Shown piece by piece: positions 1-10,799 of a DNA stretch of 64,000 nt (positions are counted from its first letter, which is position 1; the number at the start of each line of letters is the position of its first letter). The stretch spans positions 41,232,001-41,296,000 of the forward strand of contig NC_087437.1 of the NCBI RefSeq assembly GCF_036321535.1, read 5' to 3'. Below the pieces are notes generated by a model. That model was not told the DNA's origin and searched no databases. It saw only the letters and a program-made list of their open reading frames with translations. A program made the position numbers and the translations under genes. The DNA is from Camelus dromedarius. Lineage: Eukaryota.

Positions 1-81
1 ATTTAAGCAAAGCTTTATAATCAACATAAAGAAGATCGTTTTTCTCTCAAGATCGTAGGAATCTATTTATTGCTTTGTATT

Positions 82-330
82 TGTGGCAGACCAAAAGCAA
101 AAATGGCCTGGATATTTGGTGACCTCCCACATGAAGAGGTGGGGTCCACTTATCCTTGTCTCTGTGCTTGGCTGTGTGACTTGCTTTGGCCTATGGGACA
201 TTGGTATACGTGATGCAGCAGAGACTTGAATAGTGTGTGTTGGGGTGGCCCTCTCTTGTTGCTTACAGAGAACACTTTCTTGTGAAAAACTAGAACTGGC
301 CTCCTGGAGGATGATAAAATGTGAAGAGAC
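82..330 (+). mobile_element. MaLR LTR fragment (MLT1 F/G/H-like)
   Basis: Starts TGTGGCAGAC; contains aagaggtggggtc and tgtgacttgctttggcc, typical of MLT1 LTRs. Confidence 0.65.
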
Positions 331-454
331 AGTGGTTTTCAAATGCAAGAAAATGGATGATTCCAGGTAATGCTTTCAAGCCACTGACTACCTTTGATGA
401 CGATATGATGATCAAAACCATGGTCATAAATACAGCCAAAGACAGCCTTATGTG

Positions 455-645
455 ATGTTCTTCTGTACCAGAGGCTGTATGCGTATAATCTTATTTAATA
501 CTCAGAACAGCTCTATGAAGACATGTTTTTAATAATCCTATTTAACAAATAAGAAAATGAGTGTCATAGTTCATTCCTATATTAAATGTTAGAACTAAGA
601 TCCAAAGCCAGATTCGTCTCATTTTAAAGCCACGGCTCTTAATTC
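455..645 (-). mobile_element. MIR SINE fragment
   Basis: Degenerate reverse MIR core: tcttatttaatactcagaacagctctatga...atttaacaaataagaaaatga. Confidence 0.5.
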
Positions 646-2103
646 TATACTGAAAACTCCTAAACAGAAGAAGGGGAGTTACTCATGGTGATAAAAACCA
701 AAGCTGCTAATCACGAAAGAAGAGTCGAGGAGTACCTTAAGCTTGGACTGAAGAGAAACCTGCCTTTGGTCCTCCAATTACAGAAGCTTGTCAGCACATA
801 CTAATATTTGCTTTTGAATGATTTCAGGGGATAAAGGAGGGATTTTTAAGTTGCATATTTATTACACAGGGGAACACACTTTAAGCACCTACAATATGGT
901 AGGATTAAAAAACGGAATTAATAAGACACTTAATATTAGTGTGTTCTAATTTGCCTAATGTTCAGCTCTCAATCCATGGAACGGGGATAAAACTGCATGT
1001 AATTCTTTCAACGATCCAAGGAACTGGTCAGTTTACACTCTACAAGGAAGTATGAGGTGCACAGACTCCTAAGTGCCACTATCCCCCAGCTGTGCAGACG
1101 CCGGCTAGAACACCTGTGCGCCTGCTCACCGCCCTGCTTCCCGCAGCACCTGTTGGCATTAGGCAGGCATTTGTCTGAACTTGTCTATCATTCTCACCTT
1201 TGATGCTGACTGAATGTGACAGAAAGATTGAAAAGACAATTTATCGTTAAAGAATCATTGATCATTAGAATTTGTAGGGATTACTGACATCTTCTAGGAT
1301 GTGATTTAAAAATTTTTTTAAATAATTTTAGTGCTGAAATCCCTTCCTCAACTAGAACTTTTATTCAGGATGCCAATATACAACATCAACAAAAACTAGA
1401 CTTTTAAAGTTAGTAAATAGTTATTTTTATAAGTTTAACTATGTAATATCTGGTTATAAAGTTAATCAATGACAACAAAGGGAGTATTTTAGTGAAAGCA
1501 AATGTAGAATTTTTGAAAAAAATTTAAAATCATGTGTCAGCTTCAGTATCTTATTCATTTTCAGTTTTGTTTGTTCTGAAGGATAGAGAAAATCTTTATT
1601 TCCTAAGATAATTAATTGCAAATAATAGCAATTACTTTTTAAAAGGTTGCCTTGAGATTTCGGTGGAATCTTCAGATGTAATGATACTCTGCACATGACT
1701 GGAGTAACCTAGAGCATGGACTGAGAGGTTGCCGTCTTCTAGTGCATTCAAAGGTGGTATATGACATACAGCTAAGTTTTTTTTTTTTTTTGAAATCATA
1801 GTTTACTAAATGTTAAAATGTATGAAAAATTAAATGAGACTTAAGCATATATGGATGCTCTAATATTATCTCAAGATGAGGTTAAGCACCTGTGAACTAT
1901 ATATTTATAGATTCAAGGACACAGACCCCGAGTGGTTCAATTGGTTGCCTAAGTCCACATCTCTTCACCGCAGCATTGATAGAACTTGGGACTTTGCCAC
2001 AACATCCTGCAGGCAGCACTTGGATTTGTTGTATGTTAACTCTAAACTAAATGAATTCATTCAACAAATATTTACCCATCTACTATATCCTAGGCACAGT
2101 GCC

Positions 2104-2150
2104 TAATAATAATAATAATAATAGTAATAGTAATAATAATAATAAATAAT
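2104..2150 (+). repeat. (AAT/AGT)n microsatellite
   Basis: taataataataataataatagtaatagtaataataataat. Confidence 0.9.
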
Positions 2151-2165
2151 ATATGATATATAATA

Positions 2166-2335
2166 TAGTCATCCTTCAGTACCTGTAAAGGATTGATTCC
2201 AGGATCCCTCATGGATACCAAAATCCACAGATGCTCAAATCCTTTATGTAAATGTTGTAGTACAGTCAGCCCGCCGTATCCATGGGTTACACATCCTTGG
2301 ATTCAACTAACACTGTGAGCACAGAGGGCTGACTG
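2166..2335 (+). mobile_element. Short MER2-family (TcMar-Tigger) non-autonomous DNA transposon, rearranged form
   Basis: ggattgattccaggatccctcatggataccaaaatccacagatgctcaa matches the MER2 left end; it ends gagggctgactg and is flanked by TA on both sides. Confidence 0.75.
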
Positions 2336-2542
2336 TAATGCAACAATGGACATAACAGAGTCAAGCTCTCCCACCATGAAACTTACTATAATCTAGTGGG
2401 GAACACAAATGAAAATCAAAGAATGACACAAATAACATGCAAAATTACTAACGTGAGAGATATAGGTAGCTAACCTAATGGAGGCACCAGGGAAGACAGC
2501 TGAGACATTCAAGTGTGAGCTGAATTTTAAAGGCCATGTGGT

Positions 2543-2646
2543 GGGGCAGGGTATAGCTCAGTGGTAGAGCCCGTGTTCGGCATGCATGAGGTCCTGGGTT
2601 CAATCCCCAGTGCCTCCGTTAAGGGGGATAAAAACTAAAATAAAAA
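2543..2646 (+). mobile_element. tRNA-derived SINE, camelid Vic-1-like
   Basis: ggggcagggtatagctcagtggtagag...gcatgcatgaggtcctgggttcaatccccagtgcctcc plus an A-rich tail; A box 2554-2564 and B box 2597-2607. Confidence 0.85.
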
Positions 2647-3544
2647 TGACCTATAAGTCTTTATGAAGACCTTGATGCAGACCATATAGGAGTTACCCAG
2701 TTAAGAAGAAAACATATAATGTAATGTGACTGAGGAGGGATTGGTTTCCTGGCAGAGAAGGAGTGATTGTCTAGGCCCCTTAGCTGGATGGGGTATTGGC
2801 ATATTGTCTCCTATGGGAATCGTTGGTGCCATGGAGTGAAAAATAAAAAATGTCTGCAAGAGACACCATAATAATAACAATATGCACAAAAAGTTTTAAC
2901 CCTAGAAGTGTTGTCATTCATTTGGCCAAAATCCATCACAAATCCTCAAGACTCCTCCACCTACAATTCAGCCCACAGGAATGGGAATGGGTCTGCTTTT
3001 CTGATCCTATTAACAGTATAAATGATAATGTCTTCCCTTTTAGCTTTGGTTACCAGAAAAAAATAACTATCAAAGTTGCTGTGGCTTGTAATTTGAATTT
3101 GTTTTTCCTTTATCCGTCTTTCAATTCATTTTATTTTCTCTGGCCTCTTGCTTTTACAAATATAATACCATTTTGCATAGCATCTGCTACGTGCCAGGCC
3201 CTAGGTCAGCACGCTCTGCAGGAGGTGCCAAGACGGCTAATGCCCGGTTCCTGTTCTGGGCTCATTAAAGTCAGCAGGCTTTAATGAGAGAGAGAAGACT
3301 TTTCACAAAGGGAAAACAAAAGGTGAGCTTTGAGTCATTAAGAAAGCCAACATATTGATGAGGAAGTCAGCCCTACCAATGCCACTAATCTACCCATCCT
3401 CTGACCTCACGTAGTTGTCACTTTATCAGGGAACGTACTGGCCACCCAGACAGGTCAGATTCCTTCTTAAATTCTCTCTTAATACACTCCATACACTCTG
3501 TGAAAGTTAATCAGTTAATCAGAACTCTGATCAAATAACTGTTC

Positions 3545-3675
3545 AACTGTTTGTCAAATGTCTTTCACTCAGTGCTGGAAGGTAAGATTACAGAAGATAG
3601 TGCCCGTGTCTGCCTTATTCACTGCTCTCGCCCCAGAGCATAGCACACTCATTCATTCTTAAGTGAATGAATGCA
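3545..3675 (+). mobile_element. L2 3' end
   Basis: gtgtctgccttattcactgctctcgcccccagagcatagcacac...gtgaatgaatg. Confidence 0.6.
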
Positions 3676-4007
3676 TGCACTACTGTGATTTCATCCTCCA
3701 GCTTCTGGAATCTAGCCTCGCTTTCTCTCCTAGATCCTGCTCAACATTAGGCCATTCTGACAGCTGCCTATGGTTCAGTAAGACTAGTAACTTTGTAGCT
3801 GAGGTGCTGAAGACAGGGCTGAGTCAGACGACTGACCATATTAACAATGAACTAACCCACACATGGTAACTACAGCATGCGTGGCACGTCGTTCATGGAC
3901 AGGCTCCCATCCCCCTGTACAGCTACACAAGTCCAATGCGCACTGTAACACCCTCTTCAGTCATGCTGCCTGCCCCATTCCGCCCTTCACTGTCTCTTAC
4001 CAGGACT

Positions 4008-4206
4008 AGTATTTATTGAGGAACTGTTATGTGCCAGGCACTAGGTATTATATAATTTTAGTCTCAAAACAAGTTTGCAATGTTTGTATTCCCACCTAAC
4101 AGGTAAGAGAAGTGAGACTCAGAAAAGTTTAAAAATTTGCCCAACGTTAGGAAGGAGCAGAGTGGAGTGTGAATCCAGCTCTATCTGAATCTGAAGGCCA
4201 TGCTCC
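4008..4206 (-). mobile_element. MIR SINE
   Basis: atttattgag..tatgtgccaggcact...acaggtaagagaagtgagactcagaaaagtttaaaaatttgcccaa. Confidence 0.7.
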
Positions 4207-4304
4207 CAAGAGAACTATGAATTGAAAAAATAAGTTTTAACCCTAGGAGTCTTGTCATTCATTTGGCACCCCATCTCTCATTCTTATAACAGGGCTGTGA
4301 GGAA

Positions 4305-4530
4305 GGTGGGCACACTCTGACCACTGGATCTGAATTCCAACTCTGCCATTTCTGAGCTTGGGCAAGTGATTAAGGATTTTTGTGCTTTCAATTAATTCCT
4401 CATTTGTAAAATGGATATATTAGCAGTTCCCCTAATGAGAGTTTTCTCAAGGATGAAATGAGTTAATATATGTTGTATTAAGTCCTAGGAACACTGCTTG
4501 GCACGTAATTAGCACTCAATCAACGTTAGC
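4305..4530 (+). mobile_element. MIR SINE
   Basis: tgaattccaactctgccattt...ttgggcaagtgattaa...ttcctcatttgtaaaatgga...gcacgtaattagcactcaat. Confidence 0.75.
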
Positions 4531-5109
4531 AATTTTTATTTTGGACCATGGCTCTGTTGTTGCTGTTACTATTAATATTATATTCTGGGCTCCCAATCAC
4601 TCCACTGAACTGCCTCCCTTTGGGAGGGAGGAACTGAATGTGCCTGGAGCAGTGTGTCCCCCTGATTCTTCCAAATAACCCAAGATGAAAAGATTCTTTT
4701 TCTTTTTTTTTTTGGTCCCGTTTCAGCAACATTCAATAAGCCCATTAACTATGGGCAAAGCACTCTACCAGAAGCTACTGGGCAAAGGTCACTTCCTCAC
4801 TCTTCAAAGGGAGATGCAGGCTGGTCGTAAGCTTCACCTGCAGGAATTCAGTAAGACAGAAATAGAAACTCAGTCCAGCAGGGCTCAAAATGGATCCTCC
4901 TAGTAGGCAAATCTCATCATATCCCTTTGCTGTTTAACTTCTGGCTCCCACACTGGCTCTAGCAGTGGTGTGGGGAAGGGGCCAGGACGTCCAGCCTTCC
5001 ACCCCTTGTGAAAAACAATCCTCCTCCTTTTATCTCTTCTATGTATTGGATTTTTGCCTAAGACTATTTGATCTAAGGGCTCTTCTGGGAAAATTAAAAA
5101 GTTCGAAAA

Positions 5110-5545
5110 CCTTGTAAAGCCCTTGCCACAGCGTTCAGTTTCTTCATGACCTGGCCCTAACTTGTCCAGATTTATCTTGTATCACTCTCTTCTCCACATT
5201 TTTTTAATCCTAAAAGTAAACTGTGTGATCATTTCCAGGACGTGTTCCACGCTCTTGCAGCCTCCATGCCTTGCCACAGGCTGTTTCCTTGGCCGGGAAC
5301 ACCCCTAGTCTGATTGTCCTCCTGGGCTTACTGACTACCCCTCGCTGTCACCTTGAACTTCACAAGTAATTTTATTTATGAGTTTTATGACTTTATTATA
5401 ACATGGATTACCTTTACTTATGAATATTTAGGGCAAGGTTATATTATTACGAGTTCCCCTTCAGGCAAAGGACCACTTTTTCATCCTTGAATTTCCAGTC
5501 TGTCATAAAGTAGGTGTTTAGAAAATGGTTATCAAATAAATAACA
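5110..5545 (+). mobile_element. L2 3' fragment
   Basis: catgacctggccct...gcctccatgccttgccacaggctgtttccttggccgggaacaccc...agtaggtgtttagaaaatggtt. Confidence 0.55.
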
Positions 5546-5624
5546 GTTAATTTTAAAAACCACATTAAATTAAACAGTAAATAGCCTTCTATATTAATTG
5601 AAGATCTATGATGATGTAATAGGG

Positions 5625-5830
5625 TGGACTTAAAATACTCAGGCTGAAATATTCATTCCACTATTTACATGTTACATTGAGCAAGATACTTCGTATGCCT
5701 GCTTCTCTCATCACTACAATGGAGTCTGGTGGTTGTTGAGGGCATTCAATGAATCAATACAGAGAAAGTGTTTTGAAGAGTTCTGGCACATGATAATCAC
5801 TCCATCAGTGTTAGCTACCATTATTACCAT
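5625..5830 (+). mobile_element. MIR SINE
   Basis: ttgagcaagatactt..tgcctgcttctctcatc...ttctggcacatgataatcactc..tgttagcta. Confidence 0.6.
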
Positions 5831-5999
5831 TTTGGGCCGAAATACAAAAAAATAGTAACTAGAGAGGCACTGTGTGTAAGGACTAAACCAGTTTTAAATA
5901 CATCCACAACATTGAAATAATGTGATATCATGGTAATATAATTCTCTTGTTTTTGCTTGCACAGCATCCTTCCTACCCTTTGCTCCAATGGCTCTCAGG

Positions 6000-6381
6000 T
6001 TTTCCTTTGAGGAAGCCTCCTTAACAACTCTTAGTCCTCGTGGTAGGTTCCAGTGCCAGACCCCAACCCAGATGTGGCTGGAGAGAAACAGGGATTGGTT
6101 TTGGGATGGTGGCATGACCCAAGCAGGGCCCCAGACATTCAGATTTGCACTCTTGCCGGGTCTAAGGGTAATGAAGTAATGAGAATATGAGCCTGGAGCT
6201 GCTGGTGGAAAGAAAGCAGAGCCCAGAGACAGAGAGACACAAAATTCCTAATCAATCATGTCACTTCCTAGATCCTGAGGTTTTTTTTTTTTTAATATAC
6301 ATAAGACAATAAATTCTATTTTCAGCTTCATTCAGTCTGAGGGGGGCTTTGGTACCACAACTCAAAAGGTCCTGAGTAATG
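6000..6381 (+). mobile_element. MaLR LTR (MLT1K/L-like)
   Basis: ggcatgacccaagcagggcc...gagcctggagctgctgg...caataaattc...caactcaaaaggtcctgagtaat matches an MLT1 3' end. Confidence 0.65.
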
Positions 6382-6591
6382 TGATCACAACCAGTCATTG
6401 TAAAGGTGAATGTCTATGATATTGAATTATTATCTTATTAAGTCCCATATGGGCTTCAGGGTATCATTGTAAAGGGACTAGTTTACACCATTAATTTTGG
6501 TCCAAATGAAGATGGGAATTATTTGCAGGGATGTCAGAGAATCATAGTCTCTTCATGGTGGCAAGAAAGCAGTACATGCCAGACACTAGAA

Positions 6592-6768
6592 AAGTATTCC
6601 CCTGACTCTGGTGTTCACAAAGCCCCTTGAGGAGCTTGTGGAAAAGGCAGGTTCTGAGGCTCCACACAGAAACTCCGCACAAGCCCAGGAATCTGCATTT
6701 CTGATGAACAGCCCAGGGGTGCTCACAGACCACATATGCTGGGCATCCACTTCGAGGAACACTGCCCT
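6592..6768 (+). mobile_element. MER5A-like hAT-Charlie DNA transposon
   Basis: gagcttgtggaaaaggcaggttctgaggctccac...gcccaggaatctgcattt...cacttcgaggaacactg. Confidence 0.7.
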
Positions 6769-8139
6769 GGAGGGCTCAGTTTTGTTTACATGATTAGAGC
6801 ACACAAATCCAGCTGGGAAGGGACCCCCAGAAAGTGACAAAAATGCAGACTTCTCATAATTACTTCAGAAACTGAAAGAACTTCAAAGATTGAGTCTGAG
6901 TTTAAGCCCTAATTCCGAAGCAAATATTAGCAAATTTGGAAGTGTCTCAGCTCTTAAACTGAAGAACATCAGCATGACATCCAGTTTTCTCTGTGACTAT
7001 TCTCTATTAGAAAAGAAAATGGTATTGAATAAAAATAATCATTTAAAAATTGATTTCAAGTTTCTAGCTTTACCAATTTCATTACAATAAACTATAGTAA
7101 CTTTGCAGTAGATCACTGCAAACAATTAACAAAGACGACCTTTGAGAATTCATCTCAGAGCAGCTATAATGAGCACAATTATAATAATTGGTAAGAAGCT
7201 TTTGCAGCATTCCATAATACACAAAAGACAACATGGCAAAATGAAATAGATTGTTTTCTGAGGACACCACATGAGTTTCACAAAGGAAATCTTATGTTGA
7301 CTGTGATGTGTAAGGGGGTGATACAAAAGTCATTTGATGCTGTAGCATACACCATGGGAAATAAAAAAAACCATTTCCTGATGTGTATCCTTGTCTGTCT
7401 TTGTTAAGGGTCAGTGGTTATACAATGGCCGATGATGTGCCTGAATCAGGGACTATCCAGCCCTTTCAAAAGAGGTTCCCCAAGAGAATTAAGCCTAAAT
7501 ACTATAAAGCATCCATTGTATGCAATGGGCTGACTCTCCTATGCACTGAAAATGGTGCTAGCTCTCTATCATCCTTGGGAGAACTAAGAAAATGGCCTCT
7601 AAGTCATTTTCTGTAGGACTCAGTTGCCTTGTGAAACCCAGCTTAGAAAGGCTGACACTCCTTAAACTGAAAATACACACTCTGAGATAAATTGTTGTGT
7701 AACTTTTTTGATTCCAAGCAACGTGGTCTAGCAGTAGTAAATGTTTTCTGAGCAATTTGAAGTCTCACAAATAGAACCGGAAAAAAGTGATATTCCGTGC
7801 TCTCAAGTCACACTTTGTGTATCAGTACATAGCTCTGTGTACACTCATGTACTGTGGTTAATGATGTCAGCGGAACTCAACTGTAGTTCTGCAGAACCAC
7901 ACAACAGAAATCTACAGCATGAATGTCTTGGCCTCCATCCACATCCATTAGCTGCTCAACTGCCAAGTGTATTGCATTATGTGGAGATCCTATTCAAACA
8001 AAGGGAAATACTGTAGTACGACTTCAGCAAGTTTGCAAAATACATTCTTATATGTTTTGTGGCGGGAGCTTTGTAAAATATTTACACACTTCTAGTGGGT
8101 TTCTGTGTAGAGACTGAGAGTATCTGGTCTTCACTTTTG

Positions 8140-8651
8140 TGTCAGACCCCTGCTGATTAACAATACAAGTAACTACCATTCTCCCTTCATTCCTGACTAA
8201 TAATAGAACCCAAATTAACTGGACACCCTGGTGGAATGAAAGACTACACTCCCCAGCTTCCCTTGCAGGTAGGTATAGGCAATAAAAGCAGACGTAGAAA
8301 TGCTGCACATAAGCAAAAAAAATTTCACTGGAAGGGACTGTCTTCTGTACCCTTCTCCCAACCACTCTCCTCCTCTTCTTTTTTTTTTTTTTTTTTACCT
8401 GCTAAAGAATGTGATCAATGGAAATTCAACACGTTGAGTCATGCAAAAAACTGTAAGTATGGAAGCCTTGTGTAGAATGAGGGACCAGAAAGATAAAAAC
8501 ACCCTCCTGCTCCACCACACGCTGCCATACACCCCTGGGCTGTTACTCTAGACTCCTCTAACATGAGAGAGCGTAAAGCTTTCATCGTGCTTAAGCCTGT
8601 GTTCTTTTGAGTTTTCTCTTGCAAGTGGCAGAACCTAACCCTAATTAATAT
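8140..8651 (+). mobile_element. MaLR LTR (MLT1J-like)
   Basis: ccattctcccttc..taatagaaccc..aaagactacactccccagcttcccttgcag...gcagaacctaaccctaattaata. Confidence 0.7.
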
Positions 8652-9036
8652 AATCTACGTGCATTTTCTTACTTAGTAAAGGCCAGAGGAATTAATAAAC
8701 TAACTGGGATTAAATATTTGAACTGGTTTGCAACCTCTGAAAGTTGACTAGTGCATTTAGGGCCAAAAAAGGGAAGGTTTACTTTATCTGGGTGGTTGCT
8801 TATAAACACATGGGGATAAAATTTTTTACTTGTTAATAAATGCATCTAATTAAAATGCATATAATTTAAAGAGGAATTCAGATAATAAGTAACAATGAGT
8901 AAGGAAAGGAAGTCAGTACAATGGTGGTATGAATTAAATTAGTGAAATCAGTATCATGGTTAATGTGTAGCATGTAGTGTATATTTATCACTGGACCAGA
9001 GAAGGTGTGAAATTGAAGTCTGACTTAATGACATAC

Positions 9037-9174
9037 TGTTTTCCCTATTTGTATCCTGGTTCTTGATACCTTTGTGTGACCCATTCATTCTACCTCTCTT
9101 TATATTAAGTAATCCACTTCTGGGCCAAATGGAAGACTTTGGTCTTTTAGCTTTAATGTACAGCTGACAGACAT
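9037..9174 (-). other. Candidate alternative TNIK exon in intron 3 (open part 9037-9084, MGHTKVSRTRIQIGKT, with a phase-0 donor)
   Basis: ATG at 9084 and ATG at 9174 are both in frame with the donor ACA|GTATGT at 9037/9036. In-frame TAA (9102-9100) and TGA (9087-9085) interrupt the longer frame. The surrounding sequence is repeat-free. Confidence 0.35.
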
Positions 9175-9896
9175 CTTAGAAAAATCCCCAGGACAATAGA
9201 AAATTATTAACATGTTTTTGAAGTCCAGTGAGTCCTTTCAAGTCTGATTTTTGCTCTGTACTCTAGAAAAGACATTATAATATTTTAAACAAATCTGGCA
9301 AGAAAAGATTGAAAGCATAAGATTGTATTTAAAATAAATTCTATTCCTTAGATTGCTTTTGATCATCCAGGCAGAAAATTTGTTTCAGTGTTGCTCACTA
9401 ATAAATAAATATTTGTGGTTATTGTGATTATTTGGTCGATAATATTTTGGGGAGGAAAACATTCATGTTATATATCCTACTAGGGTTTCAGAGCTATCCA
9501 AACTCTTGTCTACTCCAGCGTTAGGTAGACTTTGGGGAAAACTGTTAAGACCCACCTCTTCTGTGTAATCTCAGTATTATTCTTTTAATACCTTCAAATC
9601 CTACTCTGTCTTCATATGCAAATGTCCTTGGTTGTGTTTATGTAAATTATTGGCACACATTGTTCTTCTCTTTGACTACATAAGGCAGCATAGGCATCTA
9701 ATTTAATTAGAAGGATTTACTCATGGTCATCTCGGTCAGCTGCTGAATACTCTTAACTTTGTATGTTAAGCACAAGTAGGGAAAGGTCTCAGATGTTTTA
9801 AAAGATTCTATTTCCAAAAAAGTGATTATTATCTCTATCACTAATTTCTCTATTACAAATATATAGCTATGAGATGGCAAGATAAAGATACGTTAC

Positions 9897-9953
9897 CCCT
9901 GTGACATCCATAACCTTAATGGCAGCAAGCTGGCCCGTTTTGACATGACGACC
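9897..9953 (-). CDS. TNIK: TNIK coding exon (exon 3 in the canonical structure), residues ~42-60 GRHVKTGQLAAIKVMDVTG; kinase beta2-beta3 strands with the ATP-binding Lys54
   Basis: The minus strand reads T12-ctttacag|GGT CGT CAT GTC AAA ACG GGC CAG CTT GCT GCC ATT AAG GTT ATG GAT GTC ACA GGG|gtaacg: 57 nt, phase 0-0, with a strong polypyrimidine acceptor and a GT donor. The peptide is the GCK-IV/Msn STE20 kinase signature. The ending DVTG fits TNIK, whereas MAP4K4 and MINK1 have DVTE. The very long flanking introns also fit TNIK. The ORF track misses it because its 9893..10132 ORF is in another frame. Confidence 0.95.
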
Positions 9954-10799
9954 CTGTAAAGAAAAAAAAAAAATTTAAAGACTTTAATTCTGATGAGCAA
10001 TGTTAGCATTAGATTCCAGCTGTAAAGAACAATTATGCAGATTAATGTTACAGAGCACCAAAGGGGAAGGCAGACACACACACAAGTGCACACACATACA
10101 CACATAGAAATCTCAAATGCTTTGAAGATCAATCCCTAATGTTTATTTTGTAAAGCATCTCCATCACTTTGTCTTTTGGGTTTATTTTTCTAGTGGTTGT
10201 CAAGTCAAATAAAAAAGACAATTGTTGACTAATTTGGTTCTACTTCCTCTCCAAGGTGTTTGGTAAGGGCTTGAGGGAGAGGTGAATTTCTATGGAAGGG
10301 GAGCTAGATCTGAGTGGAGGAGACACAAGTATTTGCTTGGTTGGGAAACACTATGTAAGGAAACTTTCATTTCCATGATTATTAAAATATCTCGTATCGT
10401 AACAGTCTCAACTGGATATGATTTTGCTACTATTCACTTGAGACTGTTAATTTACCTGTATCTTAACAGGTGGCCTAAAAATAAAACAGATAGCAATCAA
10501 CCCAAATTTGTGACCAAAGAGATAGTATTGCCCATAAATAACTGCTTCCCCTCTGGTCTTTGGAGCCACAGTGAAGCATCTACCACCTGACCACATGGAA
10601 TCGGAAGGGAACAGGGTGTGGTGAGGGGGCAATCCCAGAAGAGATTTCTCTGCACCTGCTCCTTGAGAAACACCAAGTATCCATCTGGCTCTCAGAGAAT
10701 AGTGAAGATGGTCAGTACCCATCACTTCTAAGTGGATTTTATCTGTGGCTTCTAAAATACCTACCATGGCTATCAGCCAGTACAATATACCTTCCGAGA

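Larger units (their letters stand above)
2050..2790 (-). mobile_element. L2 LINE 3' fragment, interrupted by an (AAT)n tract, a MER2-like element and a Vic-1-like SINE
   Basis: attcattcaacaaatattt...ctactatatcctaggcacagtgc is the reversed L2 3' end; L2-like sequence resumes at ~2345 and ~2690. Confidence 0.6.
1..9896 (-). other. TNIK: Part of the TNIK intron downstream of the Lys54 exon (intron 3)
   Basis: Starts at the GTAACG donor (9896-9891). The next exon (DEEEEIKQEINMLKK...) was not found in the window. Confidence 0.85.

Noticed and set aside
2543..2620. tRNA gene (also at 14849 and 34779)
   Set aside because: A tRNA-like head followed by an A-rich tail, in three diverged copies, indicates SINEs.
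7345..7616. Plus-strand ORF MADDVPESGTIQPFQKR..., and a minus-strand mini-exon MVFFISHG ending at GGT|GTATGC (7351)
   Set aside because: No recognisable homology, the donor is weak, and there is no supporting acceptor or promoter; indistinguishable from chance without conservation data.
9897..9953. Assignment to MAP4K4 or MINK1
   Set aside because: Those paralogues end this exon with DVTE; DVTG and the >54-kb upstream intron fit TNIK.
9893..10132. ORF-track protein MIFKAFEISM...MSKRASLLPLRLWMSQG
   Set aside because: Overlaps the real TNIK exon in the wrong frame; its N-terminal part is intron and (TG)n sequence.
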